Assembly (NCBI GenBank): GCA_002256025.1
Contig: NKIB01013956.1
Coordinates: 1-49,530, forward strand
DNA: 49,530 bases
From: Asterionella formosa
Lineage: Eukaryota
Direction: 5' to 3'
Shown here one piece after another: positions 11,531 to 23,859 of this stretch. The notes beneath the pieces were generated by a model. It was not told the DNA's origin. It did not search any database and worked only from the letters and a program-made list of their open reading frames with translations. Every line of letters starts with the position of its first letter. Within the stretch, counting starts at the first letter, position 1. Made by a program: the position numbers and the translations under genes.

Positions 11531-12514
11531 TCTTGGCATCTCATGATAAAGCATGATATTCCATTTCCGAATCTTGATGACGAGCCTTCACATGTTTAAG
11601 TAATATATGTATTCGATACTCTTTTGCTAAAGTCATGGCTGCCTGAAGAAGATCGTGATTGGATTGAAGTTTATCTGATGGGCCAGAGAATTTTCATCTG
11701 TGAAGCCAGGGCAGTAGTGCCATATTGTCAATCAACACAGAGAGCTCAACGGTCTGTAATAATATTTTAGAAAAGTAGTATAAATAAGTAACTTTAGACA
11801 TAAATTCGAAAAAGTGCATTGAATTGGGGTCTCTGGGATTGGACATGGCAGATTGTTAGCTGTTATTGTGGCAAGGGCGGCATATCCCAAAAACGCAAGG
11901 AGTCTTGACTGAAGTTGTCCATTGACAATGACACTTGACATGATGTGAATGTTCTTTACATTTGTCATGTATAGTTACGCACTTTAATGCTACTCCCCTA
12001 TATCACAGAATAACATTTGACTGATGGGAGCAACAACCCTATGTCCAATGAAAATGCATGAAATTACTGCAAAACCTGAGCTGTACGAACACATTCATGG
12101 AGTATGAGCAAATTCATGATTAAAATAGGCACCCTAAGAGAACCAACAGACAAATGTGATAAAACATCTTATGTCATGACATGTTTTATTAGAAACTTTA
12201 TCGGAAATTTTCTATTTTTATCAGCCCTAGGGAAATGAACCCCAGCAATACCCTGATGCTAAAAACATCATGCTCCACCATTTGCAAAGAGTGATGATGC
12301 AAGGATACGAAATTACATTAAGGGAATGACAACGGAATGATTGTAATCATCATTTGTATCAGCCATTATTACTGGATAAAGAGACTGAATAACAAGTGCT
12401 CACAGATGTCTACGGTAATCCTGCTGTTGTAGCAGAATATTTGTCTTTCAAATTCAGTTTTGCAAGAATGATAGAGCAAATTTTGCAAATTATTTTACAA
12501 CATCTTAAAAAATC

Positions 12515-13996
12515 TCAAACGTGCTGACAAATCTCAGCTGGATTTTCCAATAGCAGACAAAAGATCGTGGTTAGTGATGCCTCTTTTTGTGATGCTGCCA
12601 GCATACAGGGCAAAAGCGCAGTTGCTGGACAGGGGATGGAAAGGGATTGAGGGTAAGCTTGAATGAGATCCAACAGGCCACCATGCCATGTTACCCCAGC
12701 TTCAATGGCCAAGTGCAATGGAAGTTTGCCCTGATAGTCCATTCGAGTAGCAGCACGAGATTCGAGCTGCAAAACTGCGAGAAGAGATGCAGAGGAGCAG
12801 TGCAAGGCCGCGAGGTGGAGAGGAACACGACCAGCTTTGTTGCATTCGAGAAGTTGTTGTGGGTGCAGGGCTATAGCAAACCGTAAAAAAAGAGGGTCAC
12901 AGTTGAGACAGATTGCATCGTGAACTATTTTCCTTGACGGTGATGCTGGGTTATACGTGCCCACGCAAGTATGACATGCTGCATAAATGAAGTTGCTCAT
13001 GATGTCCCAGAAATCTCGAAGGTCGCTACAACCTTCCAGAGCTCGGTGCGCATGTGCTTCCGTGTTCCAAGTAGCGATATCGTGCAACATGCCTTGAAGC
13101 TGCACGGCTCTGCACTTGATGAATTCACTGCGATATTCAGCGGGCGTAGCGAATCGTACCCATAAGAGGTCAACGGCATTCTGTGCGTTAAATCGAACAG
13201 CAGCAGCTGCTGGATTGGACTCGAGGAGCATCAGCAGAGTGATGTGTGTTGTATCGTATCGCTCGATCGCCACATGAAGGGCAGGCATGCTTCCGTTCTG
13301 TTTATCACGGCCAGCGGAACTGTCAAGCTTGAGGATATCCTTGACATCCGAGTGAGGCGCTCCTTTGCTGACAGCCCTGTAAAGAATATCGGAACGTCCA
13401 AGTCTGGCTTTGATAGGGGCAAAGTCTTGTGGTGAAATTGACCCCTTTGAAACAAGCCCATCGTTGAAATCTTCAACGATGGAAGATAGGGAAGGGAGAG
13501 TTTTGTGAAAAAGACTAAGTCTAGGCGGTTGAGGCACAGCTGGCAGAGATTTGAACATTGGCGCATAGGATTTAGGTACTTCTGCATCCAGAGGAGACCT
13601 GGACGAGCCCATAGACAATGAGGCCAGCGAAGGGAGCGATGACATAATGGAACCAGTCTCACCAGTAGATACAGAAGCAGCGTCAACATTACTCATGTCT
13701 AGCTCCCTTCGGATGAGGTCATTAAAATTATTGATGGTGTGGGTATCATTGGAAGGCCTTCTTGGATACGACTGCGGCGTTGGGCGAACATTGACATGTT
13801 GCAGATCGTCCAGAACACTCCGGGAACGAGCAGCGCGACTACCCCCCCTGCTTGTTAGCCGATTCAGCAAACCCCGTCCTCCGCTCCTTCGTCTCGACGG
13901 AGATCCGTACTCTTCGTTACTCTGCTGCTGAGAGGATGCATTCTCACCACGAACTCTTGGGGTGCTGCCGTGGGATCGAGAGGAAAAGGATGCCAT
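12515..13996 (-). CDS. Ankyrin-like repeat protein with disordered Ser/Arg-rich N-terminus (493 aa)
   Basis: Single long ORF; first ATG at 13996 (the track's 14002 start is TTG). Repeats GSMPALHVAI, GRVPLHLAA and GKLPLHLAI; C-terminus TALLPCMLAA...LTTIFCLLLENP is typical of diatom ankyrin-like proteins. Confidence 0.8.
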   Translation of the reverse strand: MASFSSRSHGSTPRVRGENASSQQQSNEEYGSPSRRRSGGRGLLNRLTSRGGSRAARSRSVLDDLQHVNVRPTPQSYPRRPSNDTHTINNFNDLIRRELDMSNVDAASVSTGETGSIMSSLPSLASLSMGSSRSPLDAEVPKSYAPMFKSLPAVPQPPRLSLFHKTLPSLSSIVEDFNDGLVSKGSISPQDFAPIKARLGRSDILYRAVSKGAPHSDVKDILKLDSSAGRDKQNGSMPALHVAIERYDTTHITLLMLLESNPAAAAVRFNAQNAVDLLWVRFATPAEYRSEFIKCRAVQLQGMLHDIATWNTEAHAHRALEGCSDLRDFWDIMSNFIYAACHTCVGTYNPASPSRKIVHDAICLNCDPLFLRFAIALHPQQLLECNKAGRVPLHLAALHCSSASLLAVLQLESRAATRMDYQGKLPLHLAIEAGVTWHGGLLDLIQAYPQSLSIPCPATALLPCMLAASQKEASLTTIFCLLLENPAEICQHV

Positions 13997-15727
13997 GGTC
14001 AATTATCATGCGGACTGGTGTTGCTGCTGAAGTGAGCTGTATACTGGTAATAGCAGTAGTTTTATCACAGTAAGTAAGTAGCGCATGTATACATATGTCC
14101 ATACAAAAAGTAGAAGGCATAACAGCGCCTCTCTTTCATTGCAGAACCTGGTCTTCTGTGGTATGTACAAGGAACCACGGAAACCAGTTAGTAAAGCATG
14201 TACAGGTAGACGCTCTTTTTGAGAGCTTCTCGTTGGCGTGTTGTGGGCTTCGTTCTATGTGTAGAAAGTTTACAGCTGGGAGTATCATCTAGGCAGTCTT
14301 TGAATGACGAAATTGTCGATTATGACGCACGCGATTGTACCTGGACCAGGTACCTTCACTTACATATGTATGACCCCGCGATCAATCAAAATATAAGCCC
14401 TCAATTAGAAACGTCATCACCGCCTTCGGCAGTGTTCCTGATGCTTTTTTAATTTTTAGAATTGGAGCGGCATGCAGGATTCGAAGAATGCATCATGCAT
14501 CAACAAAATTGTATGTCTTATGTACCGGTAGTGGCCCACACATGGCAACAGTGCCCGTAAACAAACTTTTCCAGTTTTTCGGGTTGAATGCTAAAGCTAA
14601 AACTTGTTCTGTAGATTGACTTGAAACCCCGAAAAAATAATTAACACGACAAAGCTAGTGACTTTCAAATGACCATTGCGGTCCCTTCGAAGACCACTAG
14701 GGATCTAAAATCAACCTTAAAGGGCAACTGGCCTGTCTATTTGGAGTCATGAGTGACTGTTAGAAAATCAGGGGAAGGACAAGCCAGCAATACACATGGA
14801 AAACAAGACACATGTAGATTGCGCTCTCACATGATACATACATGCATGGTATAACCGCCTAGCTAAAAGTAAGCAAAGATAGAGGGACAAAATGAGCAGA
14901 CATGACTCAAATTTGATGCAAAAGTCAACAGGGCATACAAGCCAGTTGTTAATGTAGATTCCTTTAACTTGTATTTCTCCTCTTGAATTTTTGCAATTTA
15001 AATTTCAGCATTTATCTACATGATGCTATTACGTTTCTCCGCAATATCCATGTCAGCCATTAACTCTTAAACTTCTGGTGGATAGCATTCCTCATTCGTG
15101 TTATTGAATATTGTACATTCAGGTCATGTGATTTTTTCAATCACCCATTGACCCATCACCAGATTATCACTATGGTTAGAGACCATGGTGGAAAGCTCTG
15201 ATTGAATCTTCAGAAGTTGCTTATTCTGGAGTATCTGTGCTCTCCTTTCCTTGCTCACTCACTCTCCAACTGGCCAATAATATGTGTTGAAAGGCTTGAT
15301 GTGTCTGCATCAATATGCTTAATATATATATTTCATAACAATGTGCAGAGTCTTGCCATTGTCAAAAAAAGTTAAGAATTTGATTGAAGTTGGTAAAAAA
15401 GTCTGGCAAAATATTCATATGCATATCATTCAATTTTTGGATAGGGGAGTTGTGAGGACAAGGCAGACAGAAAACTGCAATATCTGAGACAACTCATTTA
15501 AAGCTTGATCAATAACCAACTAATACATAAACAGTTTCAAAATATAAATGTGCTCTTTGTAGAACTTCCGTGGGACTCATGATAGCAAAAACGGCTCTTT
15601 TCCCTTGGTGGATTAAAATATTAACCTAAAAAGGAAAATAACGAAAACTGTCCCATATTTTCAGCACCACAGCGTGAATCTCCACAATCATGTCAGCCTT
15701 ACCAATCCATCCACCTTTTTTTAAGCT

Positions 15728-16139
15728 TCAAACTTTCGCCACCGACGGCTTCTTGTTGCTATCAGCTGACGATGGCGGCAAAGTATCCGACATTGGCGTG
15801 AGACCTGCTTGGTCCATTAGTTGATTGATGCTGCTTTCGAGGTCGTTCATGCGTGATCCCATTTGATCCATTTGTCCCATAATGGAGTCTCCCATGACCG
15901 AGAATCGAGTGGACTGGAAAGAAATAGTTGGCGTCAGAAAATTCTATACAACAGATTGCAGTAGACAACTGATCCCTGACCCAACAGAACGCACGTACCA
16001 TTTGATTGAGCATGTCGTGAACAAAGAGGGTCAAATCTTCATTCGGATGCTGGGAGTCACTCATTTGATTTAAAGGCGACGCACTGGATATCATCTTAGT
16101 AGAGGGTGACGGAGCGAGAGGAGGCGTCTTGGAAGTCAT
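15728..16139 (-). CDS. HSBP1: Heat shock factor-binding protein 1, 2 exons (16139-15999, 15913-15728), 108 aa
   Basis: Spliced translation EDLTLFVHDMLNQM|STRFSVMGDSIMGQMDQMGSRMNDLESSINQLMDQAG matches the HSBP1 coiled coil. The 85-bp intron (15998-15914) has a GTACGT donor, CTGAC branch site and TTCTTTCCAG acceptor. Confidence 0.92.
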
Positions 16140-16349
16140 AGTGATCGAAGGATTGTTGTTGTATGCTGCTTTTTCATGTGAACTCAGCAGTTCTTTAGAT
16201 TTTCAATTCTTGGCCAACCCGCCTCTAATACTTACTGTACTTGGTACGTTGATTGTAGTATGTAAATAAGCAATCCGCACTATGCATAATAACTCTATTA
16301 CCGGCAGTTATATTCACACCCCTATTTCTTTTAAATACAGAGTTCATAG

Positions 16350-16542
16350 TGGTACCAGGTACCTGGTACTGGTACGCGCATGAACAACATGGTCATGCTG
16401 CGTACTCCCTGTACATGCATTGAACAAGTACAAAGTAGTACTCACTTGTACTTAGCTGGTAGTTTCACCCTAAAATAGTTCCTGCCAAATCGAATTCCAT
16501 CGTAATACAGTACCAGGTACCAGGTAGCAGGTAGTACTGGTA
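16350..16542. promoter_or_regulatory. GGTACC(A/T) array upstream of HSBP1
   Basis: Perfect palindrome GTACCAGGTACCTGGTAC at 16352-16369; GTACCAGGTACCAGGTA at 16510-16526. Function inferred. Confidence 0.5.
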
Positions 16543-18517
16543 TTCTAAACGATCATGCCATGAATGAAAGATAATCGTCATCCGAGCTAGCCAGTGTGTT
16601 TATATAAGTGATGTATCAACAGGCGTGAATATCCGCCATGTCCTAATTGTCATTTCAGTGAATTTACTGCAACTTGCTGGAAACAAAGTCCTTCTTTCAA
16701 AGAATTAATAACTGAACCAACAAGCAATGATTGTAATTCACATTTGGAACAATTACTTAGAATGAATTTGGTTTCCTGACCATCTTTCCTACAAGATATG
16801 GTCGCCATGGCTGGCCCTGCCTTGCTTCCTATACATGGAACTCAAGCAAGAGCATCAATCCAGTGGTGCTAGTAGCCATGGCTTGCCCTATCAATGAAAC
16901 TTTTTTGAGCAAATGCGTACAGTTTGCATGCCTAATCAACTAATTTTGAGGGACCAAGCTTGATGAAGTAATCTTCTGTCCTACCAACTAAGACAGGAAA
17001 TTTGTTAGAACATTGAAGGGGAAGAAATCATATGTTTTAAATGCAGAACAAAACACATTTGGCTTACCTGAAATCGATTTGGCTTTTATGAATTTATTTT
17101 GCCATTCTCACATTTATTTGTGCACAAACCTCCAAATGTAGAGTTGATATATTCTGAATATGCTTTGTTTGTTAGTAGTTCCAATCTATTTTTTGGAAGT
17201 TGTGCATCACAACCATTCCATATCTAATTTAAAGTTCAGGATTACTTTCTGCTTCTTTGCCTAACTGAGGTTACAGTTGAAATAACTGGGAGATACATCG
17301 GTTAGCAAACCAATCATCATTGAAATCTGATATGCCTACGGAGTTAATACTAACAGAAATGGCTGGGTGCTTAATAACCTTTTCGAAAATTGCAAAAATA
17401 TATTTGAGTGAGATCCTCTCATCTACAAAACATTGATATTAAGAAAGAAAGAAAATAATACCCTTAACTGTTCAAAGCAAAATTTCTTGGCTTTGAAAAT
17501 ATAACTAACAACTTTTGTGACAGCAGAAGGATCAATTTCGGCTACTAAACACGAACGTCATGCTGAAATCGTTGCAGAAGCAGAATCTTTATAAACACAT
17601 CAGGATGATACTTGAAGTGAATTTTGCCATTTGCAGTGATTCAGATCAGACAAGATTTGGTAGTAGAAACGCACAAGGTCATTGTGGACTTCTTGAAGAC
17701 TTGTGAGCTCATCTTTTAGTTTGTCATACTTCCCTTGGTTACTTCAATTGGGAAGGTTTTCGAAAACAAATGTAGGATGAATATTATGGGTGGTCTCGAT
17801 AGCAGCAACCTTTCTTGGAACATCAAGCAAATCATTGTGTTCATTCTCACTATCAGGATTCAATACAGAATTTACAAGAGTATTACTATTTTTGAGAGCA
17901 GCTGTGGTATCAAAAGTATAAAGATAATTTACGTGTGTTGTAACGTTTGGCGTGGAAGTTTTGAAAACACCAAAGGCGTTGCGAGCAATATACTGTTTTG
18001 CCTGCTTGTTTCTATAACTGGATTGAAATGCTGCATAATCTGACCTTGGTCTTTTTGGTGGCATTGTAGAACAAGTGGGGTCAGGAAGGGCAATGATCTG
18101 ATGATAAAGATTCGCTAAAAGATCAGAGAGACGATGGTTGATAGAAGATGCTTTTACCGTTGAGATGAAGGAATAACATTCTTCCATAAAAAGATACAAT
18201 TTTATCTATACATCTATATATATATATAAACTGGACAAGGATCATGCCATGTAAACCATCATATCATGTCCTTCAACATAATGTACATAATTGTTCATAA
18301 CCACTGGTACGTTGGTAACAATCGGTAGTTGTCGTTACGCAATCGCTGTATATTGGTTGATAACAACTTGTTGATATAATTGTGAGTCCATATCAGTTAT
18401 TATTATGTGATTCATTACAGAACTTCTTGATCAAACATAATAAACAGCGTAGATTTTATGAGTACAATCGAATATTCATTTGTATGACATGTATACCTAT
18501 CATACATATATAGATAC

Positions 18518-18817
18518 TATAGCTGGTTTACCCTGAGTCTAACATTGCGTAGATTCTACAAGTTGTTGGCACGTCAAAACTTCTTCTCGGCTGATCAAAT
18601 TTAAGAAAATATATAGCATTATTGATGAAATGAATATGATCTATATACTTGAAGCCCTTCCAATCAATGATATCATGGCTGATGATTAAATGGCATTTAA
18701 TCATATAAATTATGTACATATACTGCTATATATGTACTACTTACATTTGATCAGCCAATAAGAGGTTGACATGCCAACAAAATGTCGCAATGTCAGCCTC
18801 AGAGTAAACCAGCTATA
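18518..18817. mobile_element. ~300-bp MITE with ~75-bp imperfect TIRs, TA-flanked
   Basis: TATAGCTGGTTTACCCTGAG..ACATTGCG..TTGTTGGCACGTCAA..GGCTGATCAAAT (18518-18600) matches the reverse complement of 18745-18817. Confidence 0.8.
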
Positions 18818-18889
18818 TCATCATGTGGCAAAACATTTTGTACCAGTTATCATACAATACCCATGATCTTATAAATATGATATTATTAT

Positions 18890-20870
18890 GTGCAGACGGA
18901 GGATGGTAGTGTTCGATAGGTTTGAGATTTTCGTGAATAAAATAAAGTGATCGATCGAAATATTTATCCTTTACCTCGAATACAAAAAAACCTCAGTAAA
19001 CGTCATGCTGGGTGGACATGCCTTTTCAAAAAATTGAAAGTTACTTTGCAGTATTATTATTTGCATTAGATTTGGAAACATTAGAGTGCTATTTCCACAC
19101 CATTTGGACAAATAAAAATAACTTATGTCTTCCTATGGGTGTGAAACAATCGTCTTACATTTCTCAAGAAATCATGGAACAGGTTCTCAAAGATTTAGAT
19201 GAATTGGAAATTCAAATTGATGATGTTGCTTGTTTTCCATTAGTTCTAATGATCATATGCATCAAAATGCTGGATACTATTTTCACTCGATTGCAAGCAA
19301 ATGGTTGCACAATCAATACTTCCAAATGTGAGTGGGCCATCCAGGAAACAGACTGGTTAGAATATTGTTAAAATGAGCATGAATCAACATGTCTCCTCCC
19401 ACTTAACGTGAATTAAGTTCGATCTTTTCTGGATGCAGTTTCGTATTATGGGGACATTGATTCCTTGCTGTTCTCATTATCTTGACCCACTGACGGATTT
19501 GATTAGAACGGTCCATTTGTTTGTTTACCGATTCATCAACAAGCTTTTGACGCTATGAAAGCATTATTGGTTGCGGATACACTGATGAGTTATCTTGATC
19601 ACAATCTTCCTTTTGAAATTTTACACTGATGCCTCGCCTTGATTACCAATTAGGTTCAGTTATTATGCAAAATGTTTCCAGCTGCTCAGAAATAGTAATT
19701 ATTCCCCGAGAACGAATTACTGTTGGTGTTAGAACATTAATGAATTCCGTTCCATGTTACTGGACACTATTCATCATGTTGACAATGATCATCACAATCC
19801 TATTTTCACTACCTTATACACTCAACATGTTCCCTGGCTGGTGATGGAGTCTATGTATTGAATAATATCATCCTACTTTTCATTATGTGAAGGTGACTGA
19901 AAAATGCTATTGCAGATTCTGTCTCTTTTGTATTGTGTCTTTGGTGGGGGGAATGATATTGGGCCATCATCTTCAGCAACAACATCTGATTATGCTTTCT
20001 CAATTGAATTAGTTGTTGATGAACCTTTGGCATATTGCTATACCTCCTACACTGTTGGATTTTATTATTAATTGGTATCATCATATGTTTGCCCATTCGA
20101 CATTTATGACAAGATTGAATACTGCAATTGCTACTCATTTTTATCATCCAACATTAAAAGCACAAGTGCAGTATACTGGAAGGACATGTGAAGCATGTCA
20201 ATGTATAAAATTACCTGGTGCTGGTTATGGTGAACTTCCACCTCGGAATGCTTTGTTGTTACCATGGTCAGAAGTCACAGTAGATTTAATTGGCCCATTG
20301 AAAATAACAGTATGTAGCTGCACAAGCGATTTAATTTCATGCTCTAACTTGGACTGACACAATCACCAATTTAGCAGGAATTTCACGTATCAACAATAAA
20401 ACATGAGAATATATTGCTATGAAATTCGAAAATGATTGGTTAGCCCATATCCATGATAATGGTGATGAATTTACTAGTATTCCTCTACACATGTTGTTCT
20501 GATTGGAATTGAAGACATCACTACCGGTACTACAGTCAAGAATTCACTACCGGTAACTCTATTTGTGAGCATTTACATCAATCCATTAGTAACTGTCTTC
20601 GTATATGTAATGATAAAGGTTCATTCTCCAATAAAAGTAATTCAAGCTCAGAATATTGTGGATTCATGTTTTGATGCTGCTGCATCCTGTGCAACTCGAG
20701 CTACTATTCATTGTACATTGCATATTTGACCAGGAGCATTGGTTCTTTCCAACATTACATGATCTTGAATATTCCATTAATTATAGATTTACAATTAATA
20801 CATCAATGTTGACAAGTGATAATTGATGAACGACTTCGTCATGCTAACTTTCATCATTGTTCCTGTGATG
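18890..20870 (+). mobile_element. Degenerate Ty3/gypsy pol (RT-RNase H-integrase)
   Basis: In order: DGSVR..DFRE.NK, YPLPRIQ, LPMGVKQS, IQIDDV (decayed YIDD), KCEWA, FEIFTDAS..DYQLGSVIMQ, integrase zinc finger WYHH...H...CEACQ, PWSEVTVDLIGP, HDNGDEF. Many stops and frameshifts; no LTRs found. Confidence 0.9.
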
Positions 20871-21088
20871 ACAATGTCATGCCAATGAGGGCTAAACAAA
20901 ATTGTATATTTTCGGCTCTTTCATTTCCTTTGAGCGTGTTGAGTAGCCCGAAGGTGATGCGAGGACATAGGTCTAATAATTTGTAGTTCTCTCTCACTGC
21001 TTCATGTAAATGAAGAACAATTTTTTTTGAAGCACTGGTAATTCGCAATGTTAAATCTATTTTAGGCCATAAAAATAATACTCACTTC

Positions 21089-23179
21089 TTATGCGACTGG
21101 TGCGCACTCGGGGTGGAGCTTCGCTAGCCCATAAAAATTGAAACCTGAAATGACAAGATCGTTGTCCCCAGTACCATTCTTACGGAATATTCTCAGTGCC
21201 TCTGTAAAGGCCACAGTCAACTGAATGGTGTCACCACGTTGTAGATGTACATTACCGACAAGGTTCAGTGTGTGAGCAATAGATACATCGTCCGGAGACA
21301 GCGTCTCACGCTGGATACGAAGCGCCTCGGAAAAGAAGTCAAGAGCTTCCTCAAGCTCACCCTGTTGTTGGTGGACTTGCCCAATGTGTCGCAAGGTAAA
21401 GACAACGTCATTATGTGTACACCCAAGAGCAGCGCGTTCCACACGTAGTGTTTCCCGATAGAACTGCATGGCTTCATCATCGTCGCCTCGCTCCAAATAG
21501 ATAGTTGCAATATTGTAGAGAATAACTGCGACGTCGCGGTGGTCTCCTCCAAGCATCTTTCGACGGATTCTCAGACCCTCCAAGAAGGCTTGCATGGCCA
21601 AGTCATGAAGCTCCATTTTGAACAAAACAAGTCCGATCGAGTTTAGAGTCGCAGCGACTTCCAAATGATCATCACCATATGCATCTCGTCTGATACGAAG
21701 AGTCTCTTGGTAGACATCAAGTGATCGTGCATAGTTGCGATTCTGATAGAAAATCAATGCGATGCTCGAAAGAGTGACGGCAACATTAGGATGATCGTCG
21801 CCGAGGGATCGACGCTGAATAGTGACAGCTTCTTTGTAAAGACGAAGGGCAGCCTGGAACTTGCCATGAAGCTTGTGAATTTGTCCTATGTTGGTCAGTG
21901 TAACGATAATGTTGGGGTGAAAGCAATCTAAGACGTCGCGCTCCACTTGCAATCCTTCTTCGTACACTTTAATTGCAGCATCGAAATCTCCCTTTTCGTA
22001 AAGTAAGTTTCCCAATTTATTCAAAGTCGAGGCAACCTCAGGATGCTTATTGCCGAGAGCGGCACGACCAACATACAACGCCTCTTCGTATAACTTGGAC
22101 GCCGCGTCGTATTCCTTGCACTCATGGTGAATCTGTGCCATGCATTTAAGCATGATTGCAACATCGCGGTGTTCATTGCCAAGACGAGCTTTGGCGATGG
22201 TCAAGAACTGCTGGTATAGCTCCATCGCTTCCGTGAGTTCACCACGTTGATGATGAGTTTGTCCAGCATTATACACAGTTGCGGCAACGTCGAGATGGTC
22301 GTTTCCAAGGGTGGCCCTACGAATTCTGAGAGCTTGTTTGTAAAGAGTGAGCGCTTCATCATATTCGCCCTTCATGTAATGAATTCGTCCAATGTTGTTC
22401 AGAATAGTGGCGACATCTTTGTGTTCATCACCATGAAGAGCTCTGCGTATAGCAAGAGACTCGATGTAGAGCTCCATTGCGCGATCTGTATCGGCCTCAG
22501 GCATGTGAAAATGGAGGACTCCAAGACAGTTGAGTGTCGCAGCGACTTCGAGATGATAATCAGCAAAGCATTTACGTCCAATCACCAGCGCTTTTGTATA
22601 CGTGCGAACTGACTCTTCATAGTTGCCACTTCTGTACTGGGCATGCCCGATATTGTGCAGGATTGCTATGGTGCTCAAGCTGTTAGAACTTCCCTTGGCA
22701 CAGGGGGAAACATTAAACTGAGAAATAGCAAGGGCTCTGTAGAAGAAGTCAAGGGCATCTTCATCTTCCTCGAGTCTAATGGAAAGCTGGCCAAGGTTGT
22801 AAAGAATGATGCCAGTAACACTGTGGTAATCAAGAGAATGGTGCACGATATCAATAGTTAAAGGCTTGGTAAAACTGTGCATGCCTTCATCGTATTCTCC
22901 GCGTTGGTATATGTATAGATTCTTATCCTTGCTCTTATTGATACGAAAGTTGCTGTTCAAATGACGACCGGAGTTCGAAAGGAAAGTGAGTTCGTTGGCC
23001 TTGTGGAGAGCACGGTGAAAGAGCCGTTCCGCTTCAGCGTGTTCACTGGATTCGATGCGACCAACTGCCAAGTTGTTCAAACCAGCAACGATCTCCAACT
23101 GCTCAACATGGTCGTCGGTGCACTTGGAGCAATCGTCAAGAACCGAAAAAGTGATTAGCGGGGCATGAGCATAGTCCAT
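21089..23179 (-). CDS. Kinesin-light-chain/nephrocystin-3-type TPR repeat protein, paralog A (696 aa)
   Basis: About 14 TPR units, mostly 42 aa (H.DVA.TLNNIG...Y.EAL.IRR..LG). Start placed at MDYAHAP (23179) because homology to the paralog begins shortly after it and the track's 23638 start is a TTG. Confidence 0.9.
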   Translation of the reverse strand: MDYAHAPLITFSVLDDCSKCTDDHVEQLEIVAGLNNLAVGRIESSEHAEAERLFHRALHKANELTFLSNSGRHLNSNFRINKSKDKNLYIYQRGEYDEGMHSFTKPLTIDIVHHSLDYHSVTGIILYNLGQLSIRLEEDEDALDFFYRALAISQFNVSPCAKGSSNSLSTIAILHNIGHAQYRSGNYEESVRTYTKALVIGRKCFADYHLEVAATLNCLGVLHFHMPEADTDRAMELYIESLAIRRALHGDEHKDVATILNNIGRIHYMKGEYDEALTLYKQALRIRRATLGNDHLDVAATVYNAGQTHHQRGELTEAMELYQQFLTIAKARLGNEHRDVAIMLKCMAQIHHECKEYDAASKLYEEALYVGRAALGNKHPEVASTLNKLGNLLYEKGDFDAAIKVYEEGLQVERDVLDCFHPNIIVTLTNIGQIHKLHGKFQAALRLYKEAVTIQRRSLGDDHPNVAVTLSSIALIFYQNRNYARSLDVYQETLRIRRDAYGDDHLEVAATLNSIGLVLFKMELHDLAMQAFLEGLRIRRKMLGGDHRDVAVILYNIATIYLERGDDDEAMQFYRETLRVERAALGCTHNDVVFTLRHIGQVHQQQGELEEALDFFSEALRIQRETLSPDDVSIAHTLNLVGNVHLQRGDTIQLTVAFTEALRIFRKNGTGDNDLVISGFNFYGLAKLHPECAPVA

Positions 23180-23375
23180 TGCTGAATTTTGTTTCGCAAG
23201 TGAGTAGCAAAGCGAGGATGTGGTTGCGTAAATGTGGTCAAAGAAATTATGATCAGAAAGGGTAATGCCATTTCTGGTCCCTTTAGATCGGATTTGGACA
23301 AAAAGGGTCAGAACTCTGATGCATAATAGGGATTGACGATGCGTGACCCGAAACTGCCGACATATCCAGCAGGAC

Positions 23376-23397
23376 CCTGGTACCTGGTACCAGGTAC
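23376..23397. promoter_or_regulatory. GTACCTGGTACCAGGTAC palindrome ~200 bp upstream of TPR paralog A
   Basis: Perfect 18-bp palindrome at 23380-23397, identical to 8661-8678. Function inferred. Confidence 0.5.
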
Positions 23398-23736
23398 TCA
23401 CCTGATACCTTGCAAGTTGCGCTAATTTTGCTGAACTAAACATTTTGCTACTTTCATCCCAGATTAAATTGTTGATTTGAGCAAAATGACCGCAATTTGC
23501 TGGTACGAGCAGGACAAGTGTCGTCATCATTTTATGTACCGGTATAGGAGTACCTGTTAGACTACCAGAACCTGATGGTATTTGCCAGCTAAAGTGTGAT
23601 ACCAAACCAGGAGGTAAACGTAGCCCCAACCCAATCAATACATGCCGCTATTTAGATGCATTTTATCAACCAGATATTCCTGGAAAAGTACAGAAACTGT
23701 ACAGCATAGCAATAATTGCCTTCTTTCTTGTCATCG

Positions 23737-23859
23737 ATGGGTCATAGTACATTGCTGCAGTAATAAGTCTTCGACGGACTATCGGCGCTGTAAATGCCGG
23801 TACTTGCCTTCCATGAGTCATCGTACATTGCTACACCCATAAGTCTTCGACGGACTATC
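23737..23859. repeat. 47-bp direct repeat x2 (76-bp period)
   Basis: 23737-23783 vs 23813-23859, 41/47 identical; both end ATAAGTCTTCGACGGACTATC. Confidence 0.85.

Noticed and set aside
15762..15998. Second half of the track's 125-aa ORF
   Set aside because: Intron read-through in the wrong frame; the spliced model restores HSBP1 homology.
16700..18199. 151-aa ORF (MPPKRPRS..) and downstream fragments as a host gene
   Set aside because: Continuation is full of stops and no family could be recognised; likely a TE remnant but unsupported.
23294..23320. Promoter motif shared by the two TPR genes (GAGTT..GA.CC..TTTTGTCC; cf. ~35133-35158)
   Set aside because: Short gapped match in AT-rich DNA that cannot be distinguished from chance.
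23180..23638. 153-aa N-terminal extension of TPR paralog A
   Set aside because: Starts at TTG, crosses the GGTACC palindrome and has no counterpart in paralog B.
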